62,257 nt of DNA from NCBI GenBank assembly GCA_030681555.1, contig JAUXRW010000048.1, positions 1 to 62,257 of the forward strand, given 5' to 3'. How positions within the stretch are numbered: position 1 is the first letter of the stretch; the number at the start of each line of letters is the position of its first letter. Source of the stretch: Acidimicrobiales bacterium. GTDB lineage: Bacteria > Actinomycetota > Acidimicrobiia > Acidimicrobiales > VFJN01. The notes below the pieces were generated by a model. That model did no database searches, was not told where the DNA came from, and was given only the letters and a program-made list of their open reading frames with translations. Shown in pieces: positions 1 to 13,885 of the stretch. The position numbers and the translations under genes were made by a program.

Positions 1-69
1 AGTAAACCCGAAGTCGGGGCCCCGGCTCAACGGGATTGCCATCGAACGTGCTCACCCGCGTCGCGCCCT

Positions 70-4103
<4,034 letters not shown>

Positions 4104-4284
4104 GAACCGACGTCCTTCAACGAGTGGGCCCGGGCGCTCGACGCGCCGGGTTGAACGGGGCACCGCCGACCGGCTGAAACGCACAAAAGCCCAGGTCAGG
4201 AGCCGTAATCACAACGTTGAGAGTCTACCAGCCGGGGTGGGACATCCGGGCCATCCACGGCCGAAAAACGGGCCCTCCGAAGGG

Positions 4285-4611
4285 CTAGCGCTTGGGCCCG
4301 ACGCGCAGGTCGAGCGCGATCACGCGATCGGGTCCGAGGAGCTCCGCCAGACGGGCCAGGAGCTCCGCCTGGAGGAACTTCACGTGCGTCGCCATGGCGG
4401 GCTCGTCGACGGCCAGCACGAGCCGGTTGCCCTCGATCCGGAGGGGCCGGGTCCGGGCGGCCAGCCCCTCCCCGACGACCTCGGCCCAGCGGTCGAACAC
4501 GAGGTGGACGCCGCTGGCCTCGGGCGCGCCGAGGCCGCGCATCACCCGGTCGAGGGCCTGGCCCACGGGCTGCGGGCCGGGGGCGTCACCCGGGAGCGGT
4601 CGGGCGGGCAT
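4285..4611 (-). CDS. dciA: DUF721/DciA family helicase-loader protein
   Basis: W..VVG..LA..TRP motif; canonical position between recF and gyrB; TAGCAT-N6-ATG leaderless-type start. Confidence 0.85.
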   Translation of the reverse strand: MPARPLPGDAPGPQPVGQALDRVMRGLGAPEASGVHLVFDRWAEVVGEGLAARTRPLRIEGNRLVLAVDEPAMATHVKFLQAELLARLAELLGPDRVIALDLRVGPKR

Positions 4612-4620
4612 GGTCGGATG

Positions 4621-5730
4621 CTACGACGGCCCGGCCGCGTCCGGCTCGGGCACGTCGGCGGCGATACGGCCGTCCGCGACGCGCAGGACGAGGTCCGGCC
4701 GGGCCTTCGGTGGCAGGCCGCTGGCGCTGGTGAGCAGCGTCTGGCCGGCCGGCAGGTTGGCGAGGAGCGCGTCGCTGCGATCGGGGTCGAGCTCGCTGAA
4801 CACGTCGTCGAGGAGCAGCACGGGGGCCGATCCGGTGACCTCGGTGATGACGCGGTGGGCGGCCAGGCGCAGCGCCAGTGCGAGCGAGCGCTGCTCGCCC
4901 TGCGAGGCGTGCGTCCGCGCCGGCATGGCGCTGATCCGCAACTCCACGTCGTCACGATGCGGCCCCACGGTCGAGACGCCCCGCCGCAGGTCGTCATGGC
5001 GCGCCGCGCCGAGCGCAGCGGCCAGGCCGGCCTCCGCCCAGTCGGCCACGTAGTCCGCCGTGACCTCAGCCGGGCCGTGGGCCACCGCGGCGTAGGTCTC
5101 CGCGAGCACCGGCGCCAGGCGGGCCAGCAGGTTCCGCCGCGCGGAGGCCAGGGCCCCGCCCGCCTCCACCAGCTTGGCGTCCCACACGTCCAGCGTGAAC
5201 CCGGCATTCTCGTCGAGGCGGCCGCCGGCCCCCTTCAGCAGGGCATTGCGCTGCTTGAGCACCTTGTCGACCTCGCTCCGGAGCGCGTCGTAGCGAGGAT
5301 GCGACGCCACCAGCGCGTCGTCCAGGTAGCGCCGCCGCTCGGCCGGCCCTCCCTTGATGAGCTCGAGGTCGTCGGGCGAGAACACGGTGACCCGCAGCAC
5401 GCCCAGCAGGTCGCGCGCCTTCTTCAGCGGCTGGCGGTTGACCAGCACCCGGTTGCGGCCGCTCGCCACCAGCTCAGCCTCGATGAGGATCGACCGGCCC
5501 TCCCGCTCCCCCTCGGCGCGGATCACGGCTCGGTCTGCCCCCCGCCGTACGAGGGCCTCGGTGGGTGCGCCGCGGAACGACGCCATCGTGGCGAGCCACG
5601 CCACGGCCTCCAGCAGGTTCGTCTTGCCCTCGCCGTTGTCGCCGAGCAGGGCCGTGAGCCCGGCCGCCAGCTGCACCTCCGCCTCCTCGTAAGAGCGCAG
5701 GTCGGTCACCCAGACGCGGTCGAGCCTCAC
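4621..5730 (-). CDS. recF: DNA replication/repair protein RecF
   Basis: Walker A GDNGEGKTN, ASQGEQRS and LLLDDVFSELD motifs; synteny. Confidence 0.97.
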   Translation of the reverse strand: MRLDRVWVTDLRSYEEAEVQLAAGLTALLGDNGEGKTNLLEAVAWLATMASFRGAPTEALVRRGADRAVIRAEGEREGRSILIEAELVASGRNRVLVNRQPLKKARDLLGVLRVTVFSPDDLELIKGGPAERRRYLDDALVASHPRYDALRSEVDKVLKQRNALLKGAGGRLDENAGFTLDVWDAKLVEAGGALASARRNLLARLAPVLAETYAAVAHGPAEVTADYVADWAEAGLAAALGAARHDDLRRGVSTVGPHRDDVELRISAMPARTHASQGEQRSLALALRLAAHRVITEVTGSAPVLLLDDVFSELDPDRSDALLANLPAGQTLLTSASGLPPKARPDLVLRVADGRIAADVPEPDAAGPS

Positions 5731-5765
5731 GAGACCCCGTGGTCAGCGATGGCGGGCGTGCGTGC

Positions 5766-6860
5766 TCACGACACCCGGACGGGCATGAGCAGGTACAGGA
5801 ACTCGGGGTGCTCCGGGCAGCGGAGGATGGCCGGCTTCAGGGCGTCGACCGTCTCGATGGACACCTCGTCGCCGGGGGCCACCTCGATCCCCTGCACCAG
5901 GTACTCCGGGTTGAAGGCGACGGTGAGCTCGGTGCCCTCGAACTTGGCGTCGAGGGTCTCGTGGGCCTGGCCGACGTCCTGGGTGATGGCGACGAGCTCC
6001 AGCCCCTCGCTCGACATGGCCAGGCGCACCGGGGTGGCCTCCCGCGCCAGCAGCTTCACGCGGCGGACCGCCTCGAGCAGCGCCTCTCGCCCCACGGTGA
6101 GGCGGTTGGGCTGGGCCTGCGGGATGAGACGCTCGTACGGAGGGAACTCGCCCTCGATGAGCACCGTGGTCAGCCGCGTCCCGCCCACCTCGAAGCTGGC
6201 GTCGCGCTCGCCCAGCCGGACGCTGAGCGTGTCCCCGCTGGTCAGCACCCGCGCCAGCTCCTGCAGGGCACGCGAGGGGACGAGCACGTGCTGCCCCTCG
6301 GCCAGGACGGTGGTGCCGGGGAGGTCACGGATCGCCAGGCGGTAGGAGTCGGTGGCCACGAGTCGCAGCCCCGCCGCCTCTGCCGCGAGCAGCACACCGG
6401 TGAGGACCGGGCGGGCGTCGTCGGTGGAGGCGGCCCGCACCACCTGCGCCAGCGCCGTCGCCAGTTCTGCGCTGGCCAACGTGACCGGATCGCCGCCGGG
6501 CTCGGGCAGCCGGGGGAACTCGTCGGCCGGGAGCACCCGCAGGCTGAACTCCGAGCGTCCCGCCGAGATGCGCGCCTCGTCGTCGTCGACCTCCACCTCC
6601 ACGCTCCCCGCCGGGAGCGCCCGCACGATGTCCGACGCCAGCCGGCCGGGGAGGATCACGACCCCGTCACCCCCGCCGGAGACGGCGACCTCGGCGGTGA
6701 TGGTCAGCTCGAGGTCTGTGCCGGTCAGCCGCAGCTGGTTGCCCGAGAGCTCGACGCGCACGCCCGAGAGCACCGGCAGGGAGGTGCCGCGACCGGCGGC
6801 CGCGCGCCCGGCACTGCCAAGTGCTTCGACGAGGACATCTCGTTCGCATCGGAACTTCAC
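5766..6860 (-). CDS. dnaN: DNA polymerase III beta sliding clamp
   Basis: GTDLE, ATDSYRL and C-terminal YLLMPVR; directly downstream of dnaA. Confidence 0.97.
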   Translation of the reverse strand: MKFRCERDVLVEALGSAGRAAAGRGTSLPVLSGVRVELSGNQLRLTGTDLELTITAEVAVSGGGDGVVILPGRLASDIVRALPAGSVEVEVDDDEARISAGRSEFSLRVLPADEFPRLPEPGGDPVTLASAELATALAQVVRAASTDDARPVLTGVLLAAEAAGLRLVATDSYRLAIRDLPGTTVLAEGQHVLVPSRALQELARVLTSGDTLSVRLGERDASFEVGGTRLTTVLIEGEFPPYERLIPQAQPNRLTVGREALLEAVRRVKLLAREATPVRLAMSSEGLELVAITQDVGQAHETLDAKFEGTELTVAFNPEYLVQGIEVAPGDEVSIETVDALKPAILRCPEHPEFLYLLMPVRVS

Positions 6861-7118
6861 GCCGTGACTCGCTTTCTACCGTCGTCTTGTGCTTCGCAAC
6901 TAAGGAGTGGTGGTAGGGCTGTGGATTGGGGATGACGAGCAGTCATCGCAGGTCAGGCCCCGTTTCGCTGTCCGACCTCTGTCCCCAGGGTCCCACAGGT
7001 TCGGAGGGGTGAGAGGGAGGAGGGCCGGTGGGGGGCGAGGTTGCCCACAGGAGGGCCCTTCCCGAGGGATCTGATCCACAGGTCGTACCGAGGCTTTCCC
7101 CCAGCACGCCGACCAGCG
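6861..7118. other. oriC (dnaA-dnaN intergenic) with degenerate DnaA boxes and DnaA-trio-like unwinding element
   Basis: Several xxxCC(A/C)CA(G) boxes (tgtggattg 6920-6928, ttgcccaca, tgatccaca, ctgtcccca). GAG-TGG-TGG-TAG trios at 6905-6916 sit next to a GC spacer and the terminal box, the Bacillus-type BUS layout. Gene polarity diverges around this locus. Confidence 0.8.
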
Positions 7119-8495
7119 TCACGCGCCGGTCCGGACGATCTGCATGAGCTCGGTGACCTGGTCGTAGGTCGGGCGCTGCGTGCGCATCTGGGTGCTGATC
7201 TTCTCCACGGCGTGGATCACGGTGGTGTGGTCGCGGCCGCCGAACTCCCGGGCGATGGCGGGGTAGCTGAGGTCGGTCAGCTCGCGGACCACGTACATCG
7301 CCACCTGGCGGGCCGCCACGAGCGGGCGCTGGCGCTTCTTCCCGGTGATTTCCTCGATCGGGATGCTGAACATCTTGGAGGTCGCCTCGAGGATGACCTG
7401 GGTGGTGATCGGCCGGGGCTGACGGGACGTCAGCAGGTCGGCGAGCACGTGGGACGCGGTGTCGACCGACAACTGCTCGGAGGTGAGGTTGGCGAACGCC
7501 GCCACGCGGATGAGCGCACCTTCGAGGACTCGGATGTTGTCGGCGATGTTGGCCGCGATGTACTCGAGCACCTCGGGCGGGATGAACGTCGCCTCGCGGT
7601 CGGCTTTGTTGCGGAGGATGGCCAGCCGGGTCTCGAGGTCGGGCGGCTGGACGTCGGTGATCAGCCCCATCTTGAACCGGCTGCGCAGCCGGTCCTCAAG
7701 GGTGCCGATGGCGTCGGGCGGCCGATCGGACGAGAGCACGATCTGCCGGTTGGCCTGGTGGAGGTGGTTGAAGGTGTGGAAGAACTCCTCTTGGGTTTCC
7801 TTCTTCCCCTCGATGAACTGGATGTCGTCGACCAGGAGGACGTCGACGTCCCGGTACCGCCGTTTGAACGCATCGTTGGTCTGCGTACGCACTGCGTCTA
7901 TGAACTCGTTGAGGAAGGCTTCCGACGTGACGTAGCGGACGCGGTAGGTCGGGTAGTTCTCCCGCACGTAGTGGCCGATGGCCTGCAAGAGGTGGGTCTT
8001 GCCGAGGCCGGCGTCGCCGTAGATGAAAAGCGGGTTGTACTTCCGGGCGGGCGTCTCGGCCACGGCCAGGGCGGCGGCGTGGGCGAAGCGGTTCGAGGCG
8101 CCGATCACGAAGGCGTCGAAGGTGTACCGGGGGTTGATGTCGTGCACCGGGGCGTCACGTCCACCGGGCTGCGCCCCGTGGCTGTGCGCGGTGCCGTTGC
8201 CGATCGCCGCCGTGGGCGGCTCGACCGTCCAGGCCGGCTCGGGCTCGCTCGGGGACACCTCGATGACCAGCTGCAGGTGACCAGCCCCCATCTCCGTGAG
8301 CGAGTCCCGCACGAGCGACAGGTAGCGACCCTCGATGCGCTCCTTCGACATGAACGAGGGCACGGCAAGGGTGAGCAGCTCGTTGTCGAGGCTGACCGCC
8401 CGAGCCGCCTCGAAGGACGTGAGCCACACCGGCTCGGATACCTGCGCCCGCAGGATCCCAGCGCACTCGTCCCACAGTCGCTGTGCCTCGTTCAC
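7119..8495 (-). CDS. dnaA: Chromosomal replication initiator DnaA
   Basis: [25 protein letters not shown] and [11 protein letters not shown]. Start placed at GTG 8495 (NEAQRLW) behind a purine-rich RBS-like tract. Confidence 0.97.
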   Translation of the reverse strand: MNEAQRLWDECAGILRAQVSEPVWLTSFEAARAVSLDNELLTLAVPSFMSKERIEGRYLSLVRDSLTEMGAGHLQLVIEVSPSEPEPAWTVEPPTAAIGNGTAHSHGAQPGGRDAPVHDINPRYTFDAFVIGASNRFAHAAALAVAETPARKYNPLFIYGDAGLGKTHLLQAIGHYVRENYPTYRVRYVTSEAFLNEFIDAVRTQTNDAFKRRYRDVDVLLVDDIQFIEGKKETQEEFFHTFNHLHQANRQIVLSSDRPPDAIGTLEDRLRSRFKMGLITDVQPPDLETRLAILRNKADREATFIPPEVLEYIAANIADNIRVLEGALIRVAAFANLTSEQLSVDTASHVLADLLTSRQPRPITTQVILEATSKMFSIPIEEITGKKRQRPLVAARQVAMYVVRELTDLSYPAIAREFGGRDHTTVIHAVEKISTQMRTQRPTYDQVTELMQIVRTGA

Positions 8496-8522
8496 CCGGG
8501 GACCTTCCCTCTTTCTCGGGGA

Positions 8523-8941
8523 ACGTCCACAGAGACGTCCACACCTGTGGAAAAACACGATGCGATTGGAACCGGCACCCGATCCGAGGGTCGGCGGAGC
8601 ACGCCCGCTCCCCCGATCGGGCGAAGCGGGAACCATGCAGACCGGCCGTCACCAAGCCGCCGTGACGGGTTCGGGAACCGTAGCACCAGCCTCCCGGGCC
8701 GGCGCAAGGGCTCCTGTGGATTATCTGTTTGCCCAGGTCAGAGGGGGTAACAGGTCCCGCAGGCGGGCGGTAGCGTGTGCTATAGGCGCCCAGCCACCGA
8801 CCCAGGTTGCCCTCACCCCGCCGACGCTCTACCGTTCCGGGCGCACCACCCGGTGCCGGGTTCCGGCGCGTCGTGGTGCACCCCCCGCAGGATCGCTGTT
8901 CGTCGGGTGCTCCCCTCGAGTCGGCAACCGACGGATCCACA
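8523..8941. promoter_or_regulatory. DnaA-box cluster in the dnaA-rpmH divergent region
   Basis: acgtccaca twice (8523, 8535), tgtggaaaa 8546-8554, tgtggatta 8715-8723, ggatccaca 8933-8941. Confidence 0.7.
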
Positions 8942-8989
8942 GGTCATCGCTGTCCAGCCACCCGGGCGGGCAGACGAGGAGGCATCGCC

Positions 8990-9124
8990 GTGAAGCGCAC
9001 CTACCAGCCGAACAATCGACGTCGCGCCAAGCGTCACGGCTTCCGCCACCGGATGGCGGACCGGGCCGGGCGGGCGGTGCTGCGAGCTCGTCGCGTCAAG
9101 GGCCGCAAGCGCCTGTCGGCCTAG
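8990..9124 (+). CDS. rpmH: 50S ribosomal protein L34
   Basis: [22 protein letters not shown]; RBS GAGGAGG. Confidence 0.97.
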   Translation: MKRTYQPNNRRRAKRHGFRHRMADRAGRAVLRARRVKGRKRLSA

Positions 9125-9139
9125 GCGGCGGGGACGTCG

Positions 9140-9529
9140 ATGCCCATGGTGGAGGACGACGCGCGCTCCGTGGTGGCGCGTCCCCAGCTCTGGCGGATCA
9201 CGGACCGGGCCACGTTTCTCGCGCTCCGGTGCTCGGGTCGCCGGGTCCGACGCGGGCCGCTCTGGGTCACCTGGCTACCACCCGCGGCCGACGCCGCCGG
9301 CGAGCCCCTGCGAGTCGGGTTCGCGGCGGGCCGCTCGGCCGGAGGGGCCGTCGTGCGCAACCGCATCCGTCGTCGCCTGCGGGCGGCCCTGCGGGAGCTC
9401 CAGCGCACGGACGGCCTACCGGGTGGCGCGCTGCTCATCGGCGCGGGCGCGGAGGTCGTCCGGCTCCCCTGGTCGGAGCTGCTGTCCACGGTGCGCAACG
9501 CCGTGACCGCCAGCACAGCCTCCTCATGA
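9140..9529 (+). CDS. rnpA: Ribonuclease P protein component
   Basis: RNR motif [12 protein letters not shown]; synteny. Exact start uncertain. Confidence 0.9.
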   Translation: MPMVEDDARSVVARPQLWRITDRATFLALRCSGRRVRRGPLWVTWLPPAADAAGEPLRVGFAAGRSAGGAVVRNRIRRRLRAALRELQRTDGLPGGALLIGAGAEVVRLPWSELLSTVRNAVTASTASS

Positions 9530-9756
9530 GCCCGGTCGCCCGTGTCGAGCTGGCCGCGGTGCGCGGGTACCAGCGGATCACCGCCAATCGCCCCTCCCCG
9601 TGCCGGTTCGACCCGAGCTGCTCGTCCTACGCTCTGGACGCCGTAGCGCACCACGGTGCTGCCCGGGGTTCCTGGCTCACCATCCGCCGGCTCCTGCGTT
9701 GCCACCCCTGGGGTAGCAGCGGCTGGGATCCCGTGCCTGAACGAAAGGCGAACTGA
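9526..9756 (+). CDS. yidD: Membrane protein insertion efficiency factor YidD
   Basis: [11 protein letters not shown]...RCHPW..GWDPVP; ATGA overlap with rnpA. Confidence 0.95.
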   Translation: MSPVARVELAAVRGYQRITANRPSPCRFDPSCSSYALDAVAHHGAARGSWLTIRRLLRCHPWGSSGWDPVPERKAN

Positions 9757-10739
9757 TGTTCGACGGCCTCTTCGAGGTCATCGCTAAGACGCTGAGCGTC
9801 TTCTACGACGTGGTTCCGAACTACGCGGTCGCGATCGCGATGCTCACGCTCGTGGTGATGGTGGTGACGACGCCGTTCACCCTCAAGGGCACCCGCAGCA
9901 TGATTCAGATGCAGCGGCTGCAGCCCGAGATGCGGCGGCTCCAGCTGAAGTACAAGGATGATCGGCAGAAGCTCAACGAAGAGCTGATGGCGTTCTACAA
10001 GGAGAACCAGCTCAACCCGTTGGGCGGTTGCCTTCCCCTGCTCTTGCAAGCTCCGATCTTCTTCATCCTCTTCAACGTCATACGTGGCCTGACCCGGGTC
10101 GGGGAGGACGGCACCTTCAACCCGAAGTACATCGACCATGCGTCGAATCTCTTCGAGAAGCTGGATCCGGCGGAGAAGATGATGGCGTTCGGCGTCGACC
10201 TGGCCGAGAGTGCCAGCCAGTCGCTGGGCGAGGGGTTCTTCCACGGCCTGCCCCACGTGGCCCTCGTCGCCGTCGTGGCGGTGACCTCGTACTACCAGCA
10301 GAAGCAGATCCAGGGCCGGAACCCGAACGCGGAGATCCCCCCGCAGCAGAAGATGCTGATGCGGATCATGCCGGCGATGTTCGTCTTCTTCGCGTTCATC
10401 TCCCCCTCGGGGCTCGTCGTCTACTTCGTGACGTCGAACGTGTACCGGATTGGCATGCAGCACTACATCACCCGGAGCCTCTACCACGGCGAGGACTCCC
10501 TGGGGGCACAGGCGCAGCGCGCCGCCGTCGAGTCCAAGAAGCTCAAGGCCGAGCACGGTTCCCCGGACCTCCTCCCCCGCCTGGGTCGTGACAAGGCCAA
10601 GGACGTCACCGAGGTGACAGCGCCCGAGGCGCCGCGCACCCCGCCGACCAACGGGACCCGCACCGGGTCCGGCACGCCGACCCCCACCTCTCGCACCGGT
10701 GCCCAGAACCGGTCCAAGAAGAAGAAGAAGCGCCGCTGA
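9756..10739 (+). CDS. yidC: Membrane protein insertase YidC/Oxa1
   Basis: MQRLQPE, NPLGGCLPLLLQAPIF, several TM segments and a basic C-tail. Confidence 0.95.
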   Translation: MFDGLFEVIAKTLSVFYDVVPNYAVAIAMLTLVVMVVTTPFTLKGTRSMIQMQRLQPEMRRLQLKYKDDRQKLNEELMAFYKENQLNPLGGCLPLLLQAPIFFILFNVIRGLTRVGEDGTFNPKYIDHASNLFEKLDPAEKMMAFGVDLAESASQSLGEGFFHGLPHVALVAVVAVTSYYQQKQIQGRNPNAEIPPQQKMLMRIMPAMFVFFAFISPSGLVVYFVTSNVYRIGMQHYITRSLYHGEDSLGAQAQRAAVESKKLKAEHGSPDLLPRLGRDKAKDVTEVTAPEAPRTPPTNGTRTGSGTPTPTSRTGAQNRSKKKKKRR

Positions 10740-11701
10740 TGGAGTGGGTCGAGACGACGGGGAAGACCGTCGAAGAAGCGAAGGATGCCGCGCTCGACCA
10801 GCTCGGCGTGGACGAGCAGGATGCCGACTTCGAGGTCCTCGAGGAGCCCCGCACCGGCCTGTTCGGTCGGACCCGGGGCGAGGCCAGGGTGCGGGCTCGG
10901 GTGCGGCCCTCCGTGCCGCGACCGAAATTGGAGCGGCGGGACCGCAAGGGTCGAGGGCGCAACGGCAAGCCGCTGGGCGAGCGCGGGAAGGCGGCCCCCA
11001 CGAAGCAGGGCGGCAGCCGCACCGGCAGCGACCGGGCCGAAACGCCGCCTGCGCCCATCGCTGACGTGGACGACCCGGCTGCCGCGGAGGCGGGCGAGGG
11101 GCCGGCAGCGGCGATGTCGACACCTGCCGGTCTTGGCGGAGGACGACGGCCGCGCGGCGGTGGCCGAGGCTCGCGTACCCCGAGCGGCAACGGTGCCGAC
11201 GGATCCGATGGTGAGGAGAGCATCCAGATGAGCGGAACCGAGCTGGCAGAGCAGGCCGAGGTGGTCCGAGTCTTCCTGGTCGACCTCCTCGACGCCTTTG
11301 GGCTCGACGGGGAGGTCACCGCGACGCCTGCCGAGGAGGGCGCAGTGGAGCTAGCCGTCACGGGCGGGGACCTGGGTCTGCTCATCGGGCCGAAGGGTCA
11401 GACCTTGCAGGCGATCCAAGAGCTGTCCCGCAGCGCGCTGCAGCGTCGCCACCCCGGCGAGACCCACGCACGAGTCCGGGTGGACGTAGCCGGCTACCGC
11501 CAGCGTCGCCGCGAGGCGCTCGAGCGCTTCGTCCGCGATGTGGCCGAGCAGGTCAAGGCCTCCGGCACGCAGAAGGCCCTCGAGCCCATGAGCCCGCCGG
11601 ACCGCAAGGTCGTCCACGATACCGTCAACGAGATCGAGGGCGTGCACACCGTCTCCGAGGGCGAGGACAGCCGCCGTCGGGTCGTCATCCTCCCCGGGTG
11701 A
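10739..11701 (+). CDS. jag: Jag/EloR (KhpB) RNA-binding protein
   Basis: Jag_N GKTVEEA, KH LLIGPKGQTL, R3H DRKVVH. Confidence 0.93.
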   Translation: MEWVETTGKTVEEAKDAALDQLGVDEQDADFEVLEEPRTGLFGRTRGEARVRARVRPSVPRPKLERRDRKGRGRNGKPLGERGKAAPTKQGGSRTGSDRAETPPAPIADVDDPAAAEAGEGPAAAMSTPAGLGGGRRPRGGGRGSRTPSGNGADGSDGEESIQMSGTELAEQAEVVRVFLVDLLDAFGLDGEVTATPAEEGAVELAVTGGDLGLLIGPKGQTLQAIQELSRSALQRRHPGETHARVRVDVAGYRQRRREALERFVRDVAEQVKASGTQKALEPMSPPDRKVVHDTVNEIEGVHTVSEGEDSRRRVVILPG

Positions 11702-12342
11702 CGTCGTCCGAACCTGACGACCGCGGCGCGAGGAGCACAGACGAGAACGCCCTCACGGTCCAGCTCGACCGCGCCAGGGTGCTCGGCTTCCTGGGCCCGG
11801 GGCCCATCGACGAGCACCTGGTCCACGCCCGCGGCTACCTCCGGACGCTCGACGCCGTGGAGGGACGGATCATCGATCTCGGCAGCGGGGGCGGCATCCC
11901 TGGGCTCGTACTCGCCCTCGAACGGCCCGATCTGGACGTAGTCCTGGTCGATGCGACGGCCAAGCGCTGCCGGTTCCTCGAGCAGGCGGTGACGGCCCTC
12001 GCCCTGGGCGAACGGGTCGAGGTCGTGCAGGGGCGGGCGGAAACCCTCGGGCGCGGCGCCTTGAGGGGTGCTGCGGGGGCTGTGGTTGCGCGGAGCTTCG
12101 GCTCGCCGGCCTCGACGGCGGAGTGCGCCGCTCCCCTGCTGCGGGTCGGCGGGCTCTTGGTGGTGAGCGAACCACCGGAAGATGCTCCGGGGCGGTGGTC
12201 GCCGGAAGGGCTGGCGAAGCTGGGCATGCAGGCCCGTGAGCAGCTGATCCGGCCCCGACTGCAGGTCGTCCTGCAGTTGGCCGCGTGTCCGGACGAGTTC
12301 CCGCGCAGGGACGGCGTACCCGCAAAGCGCCCGTTGTTCTGA
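11698..12342 (+). CDS. rsmG: 16S rRNA m7G527 methyltransferase RsmG (GidB)
   Basis: DLGSGGGIPG, GRAE, VVARS and FPRRDGVPAKRPLF; synteny. Confidence 0.93.
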   Translation: MTSSEPDDRGARSTDENALTVQLDRARVLGFLGPGPIDEHLVHARGYLRTLDAVEGRIIDLGSGGGIPGLVLALERPDLDVVLVDATAKRCRFLEQAVTALALGERVEVVQGRAETLGRGALRGAAGAVVARSFGSPASTAECAAPLLRVGGLLVVSEPPEDAPGRWSPEGLAKLGMQAREQLIRPRLQVVLQLAACPDEFPRRDGVPAKRPLF

Positions 12343-12350
12343 AGACGGTG

Positions 12351-12366
12351 TGTTCCACGTGGAACA
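12351..12366. promoter_or_regulatory. parS site 1
   Basis: Perfect palindrome TGTTCCACGTGGAACA matching the parS consensus. Confidence 0.92.
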
Positions 12367-12398
12367 CTGCGGTGTCACCCCCTCGGCGAGTCGGGAAG

Positions 12399-12414
12399 CG
12401 TTCCACGTGGAACC
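12399..12414. promoter_or_regulatory. parS site 2
   Basis: CGTTCCACGTGGAACC, a 14-bp palindromic core 48 bp from site 1. Confidence 0.85.
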
Positions 12415-12463
12415 CTCAACCAAAATCCTTGCGCTGCGGCGTTCCGCCAGGCAGGATGCACCG

Positions 12464-13885
12464 GTGAGCGACGCCTCGGACGATGTCGCAGCGCGAGGGA
12501 GAGCGATCTTTCGGCAGTTGCGGACGCCGGGCGACGGCGACGTGGATCCCGTGGACGGCGACGCTCCCGACGCCGGCCCGGACGCAGAGGCTGAGCCCTC
12601 GGGTCCACCCGTGCTCGAAGTGGTCGAGGCCCCCGCGCCAGAGCCGCTGCAGAGCTCCGACAGCGCCCCACTGGCCGCAGCCCCACTGCCGGCGGGCATC
12701 GTTACCAGTGGCAAGGAGATCTCAGGCGACGAGAGCTCGGCACCAACGCCGTACGCAGCGGCGACCGCCGACCCGGGCGCCCCGCCCCTGCCCGCCACCG
12801 AAGGACCCGCGCCGGAGGCCCGAGTCCACGGGTTGGAGACCGCACCGGAGTCGGCGGGCGGGCTCCCCCAGGCGACCGAGGCCCCGCAGGAGGGTGAGCC
12901 GGACTCGACACCGGATCCCGCAGCGGTGGTGCCTACAGGTGTGGCGCCTGTGCGTGGGCCCCTCCCGGGTCTCAGCGACCTACCGCCGATCGCTGCGCTG
13001 ACCGCCGAGCCCATCCCGGTCGTTGCGGTGGGCGAGGAGTCACCTGCACCGGCGCCCCCTGACCCCGACCCCGCGCCTGCACCCGCATCGTCGCTGTTCG
13101 CCCGGGAGCTGCCGAGGGTCATGGCCGTGGCCAACCAGAAGGGCGGCGTGGGCAAGACCACCACGGCCGTCAACCTGGGCGCGTGCCTCGCCGACATCGG
13201 CTACAGAGTGCTCGTGGTCGACCTCGACCCCCAGGGAAACGCCAGCACCGGGCTCGGTGTCAACATACGTGACCTGCAGGGCTCGATGTACGACGTCGTC
13301 CTCCACGACCTGCCTATCGAGGATTGCGTCGAGGCCACCTCGGTGCGCAACCTTTTCTGTGCCCCGTCGTCGCTGGAGCTGGCAGGGGCCGAGATCGAGC
13401 TCGTCCCCGCCTTCAGCCGCGAGCTGCGGCTCAAGCGGGCGCTCGACGAGGTCCGCGACGACTACGACTTCATCCTCATCGACTGCCCGCCGTCCCTCGG
13501 GCTCCTCACCGTGAACGCCTTCGCCGCGGCCACGGAGGTCGTGGTGCCGATCCAGTGCGAGTACTACGCCTTGGAGGGCCTGGGTCAGCTCCTCCGCAAC
13601 GTCAACCTCGTGCAGAAGAACCTGAACCCCGTCCTCGAGGTGAGCGCGATCATCCTGGTGATGTACGACGCCCGCACCAAGCTGGCGGATCAGGTGGTGA
13701 ACGAGGTGCGAGACCACTTCGGGGACAAGGTCTGCCGCCATGTCGTCCCTCGGACCGTGCGGCTCTCGGAGGCGCCCTCGTTCGGGCAGCCGATCATCGC
13801 ATTCGACTCGAGCTCCCGGGGCGCCATCGCGTACCGAGAGCTGGCCAAGGAGGTCAGTGGTGGCACGCCGCAGCGGGCTCGGTAG
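12464..13885 (+). CDS. parA: ParA/Soj ATPase with long Pro/Ala/acidic N-terminal extension
   Basis: ANQKGGVGKTT, DLDPQGNAS, IDCPPSLG and QCEYYALEG. Start tentatively GTG 12464, since the ORF-track start lies inside parS. Confidence 0.92.
   Translation: MSDASDDVAARGRAIFRQLRTPGDGDVDPVDGDAPDAGPDAEAEPSGPPVLEVVEAPAPEPLQSSDSAPLAAAPLPAGIVTSGKEISGDESSAPTPYAAATADPGAPPLPATEGPAPEARVHGLETAPESAGGLPQATEAPQEGEPDSTPDPAAVVPTGVAPVRGPLPGLSDLPPIAALTAEPIPVVAVGEESPAPAPPDPDPAPAPASSLFARELPRVMAVANQKGGVGKTTTAVNLGACLADIGYRVLVVDLDPQGNASTGLGVNIRDLQGSMYDVVLHDLPIEDCVEATSVRNLFCAPSSLELAGAEIELVPAFSRELRLKRALDEVRDDYDFILIDCPPSLGLLTVNAFAAATEVVVPIQCEYYALEGLGQLLRNVNLVQKNLNPVLEVSAIILVMYDARTKLADQVVNEVRDHFGDKVCRHVVPRTVRLSEAPSFGQPIIAFDSSSRGAIAYRELAKEVSGGTPQRAR

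Noticed and set aside
12350-12463. ParA N-terminus MFHVEH...FHVEP from the ORF track
   Set aside because: This is the translation of the two parS palindromes, not a likely protein start.
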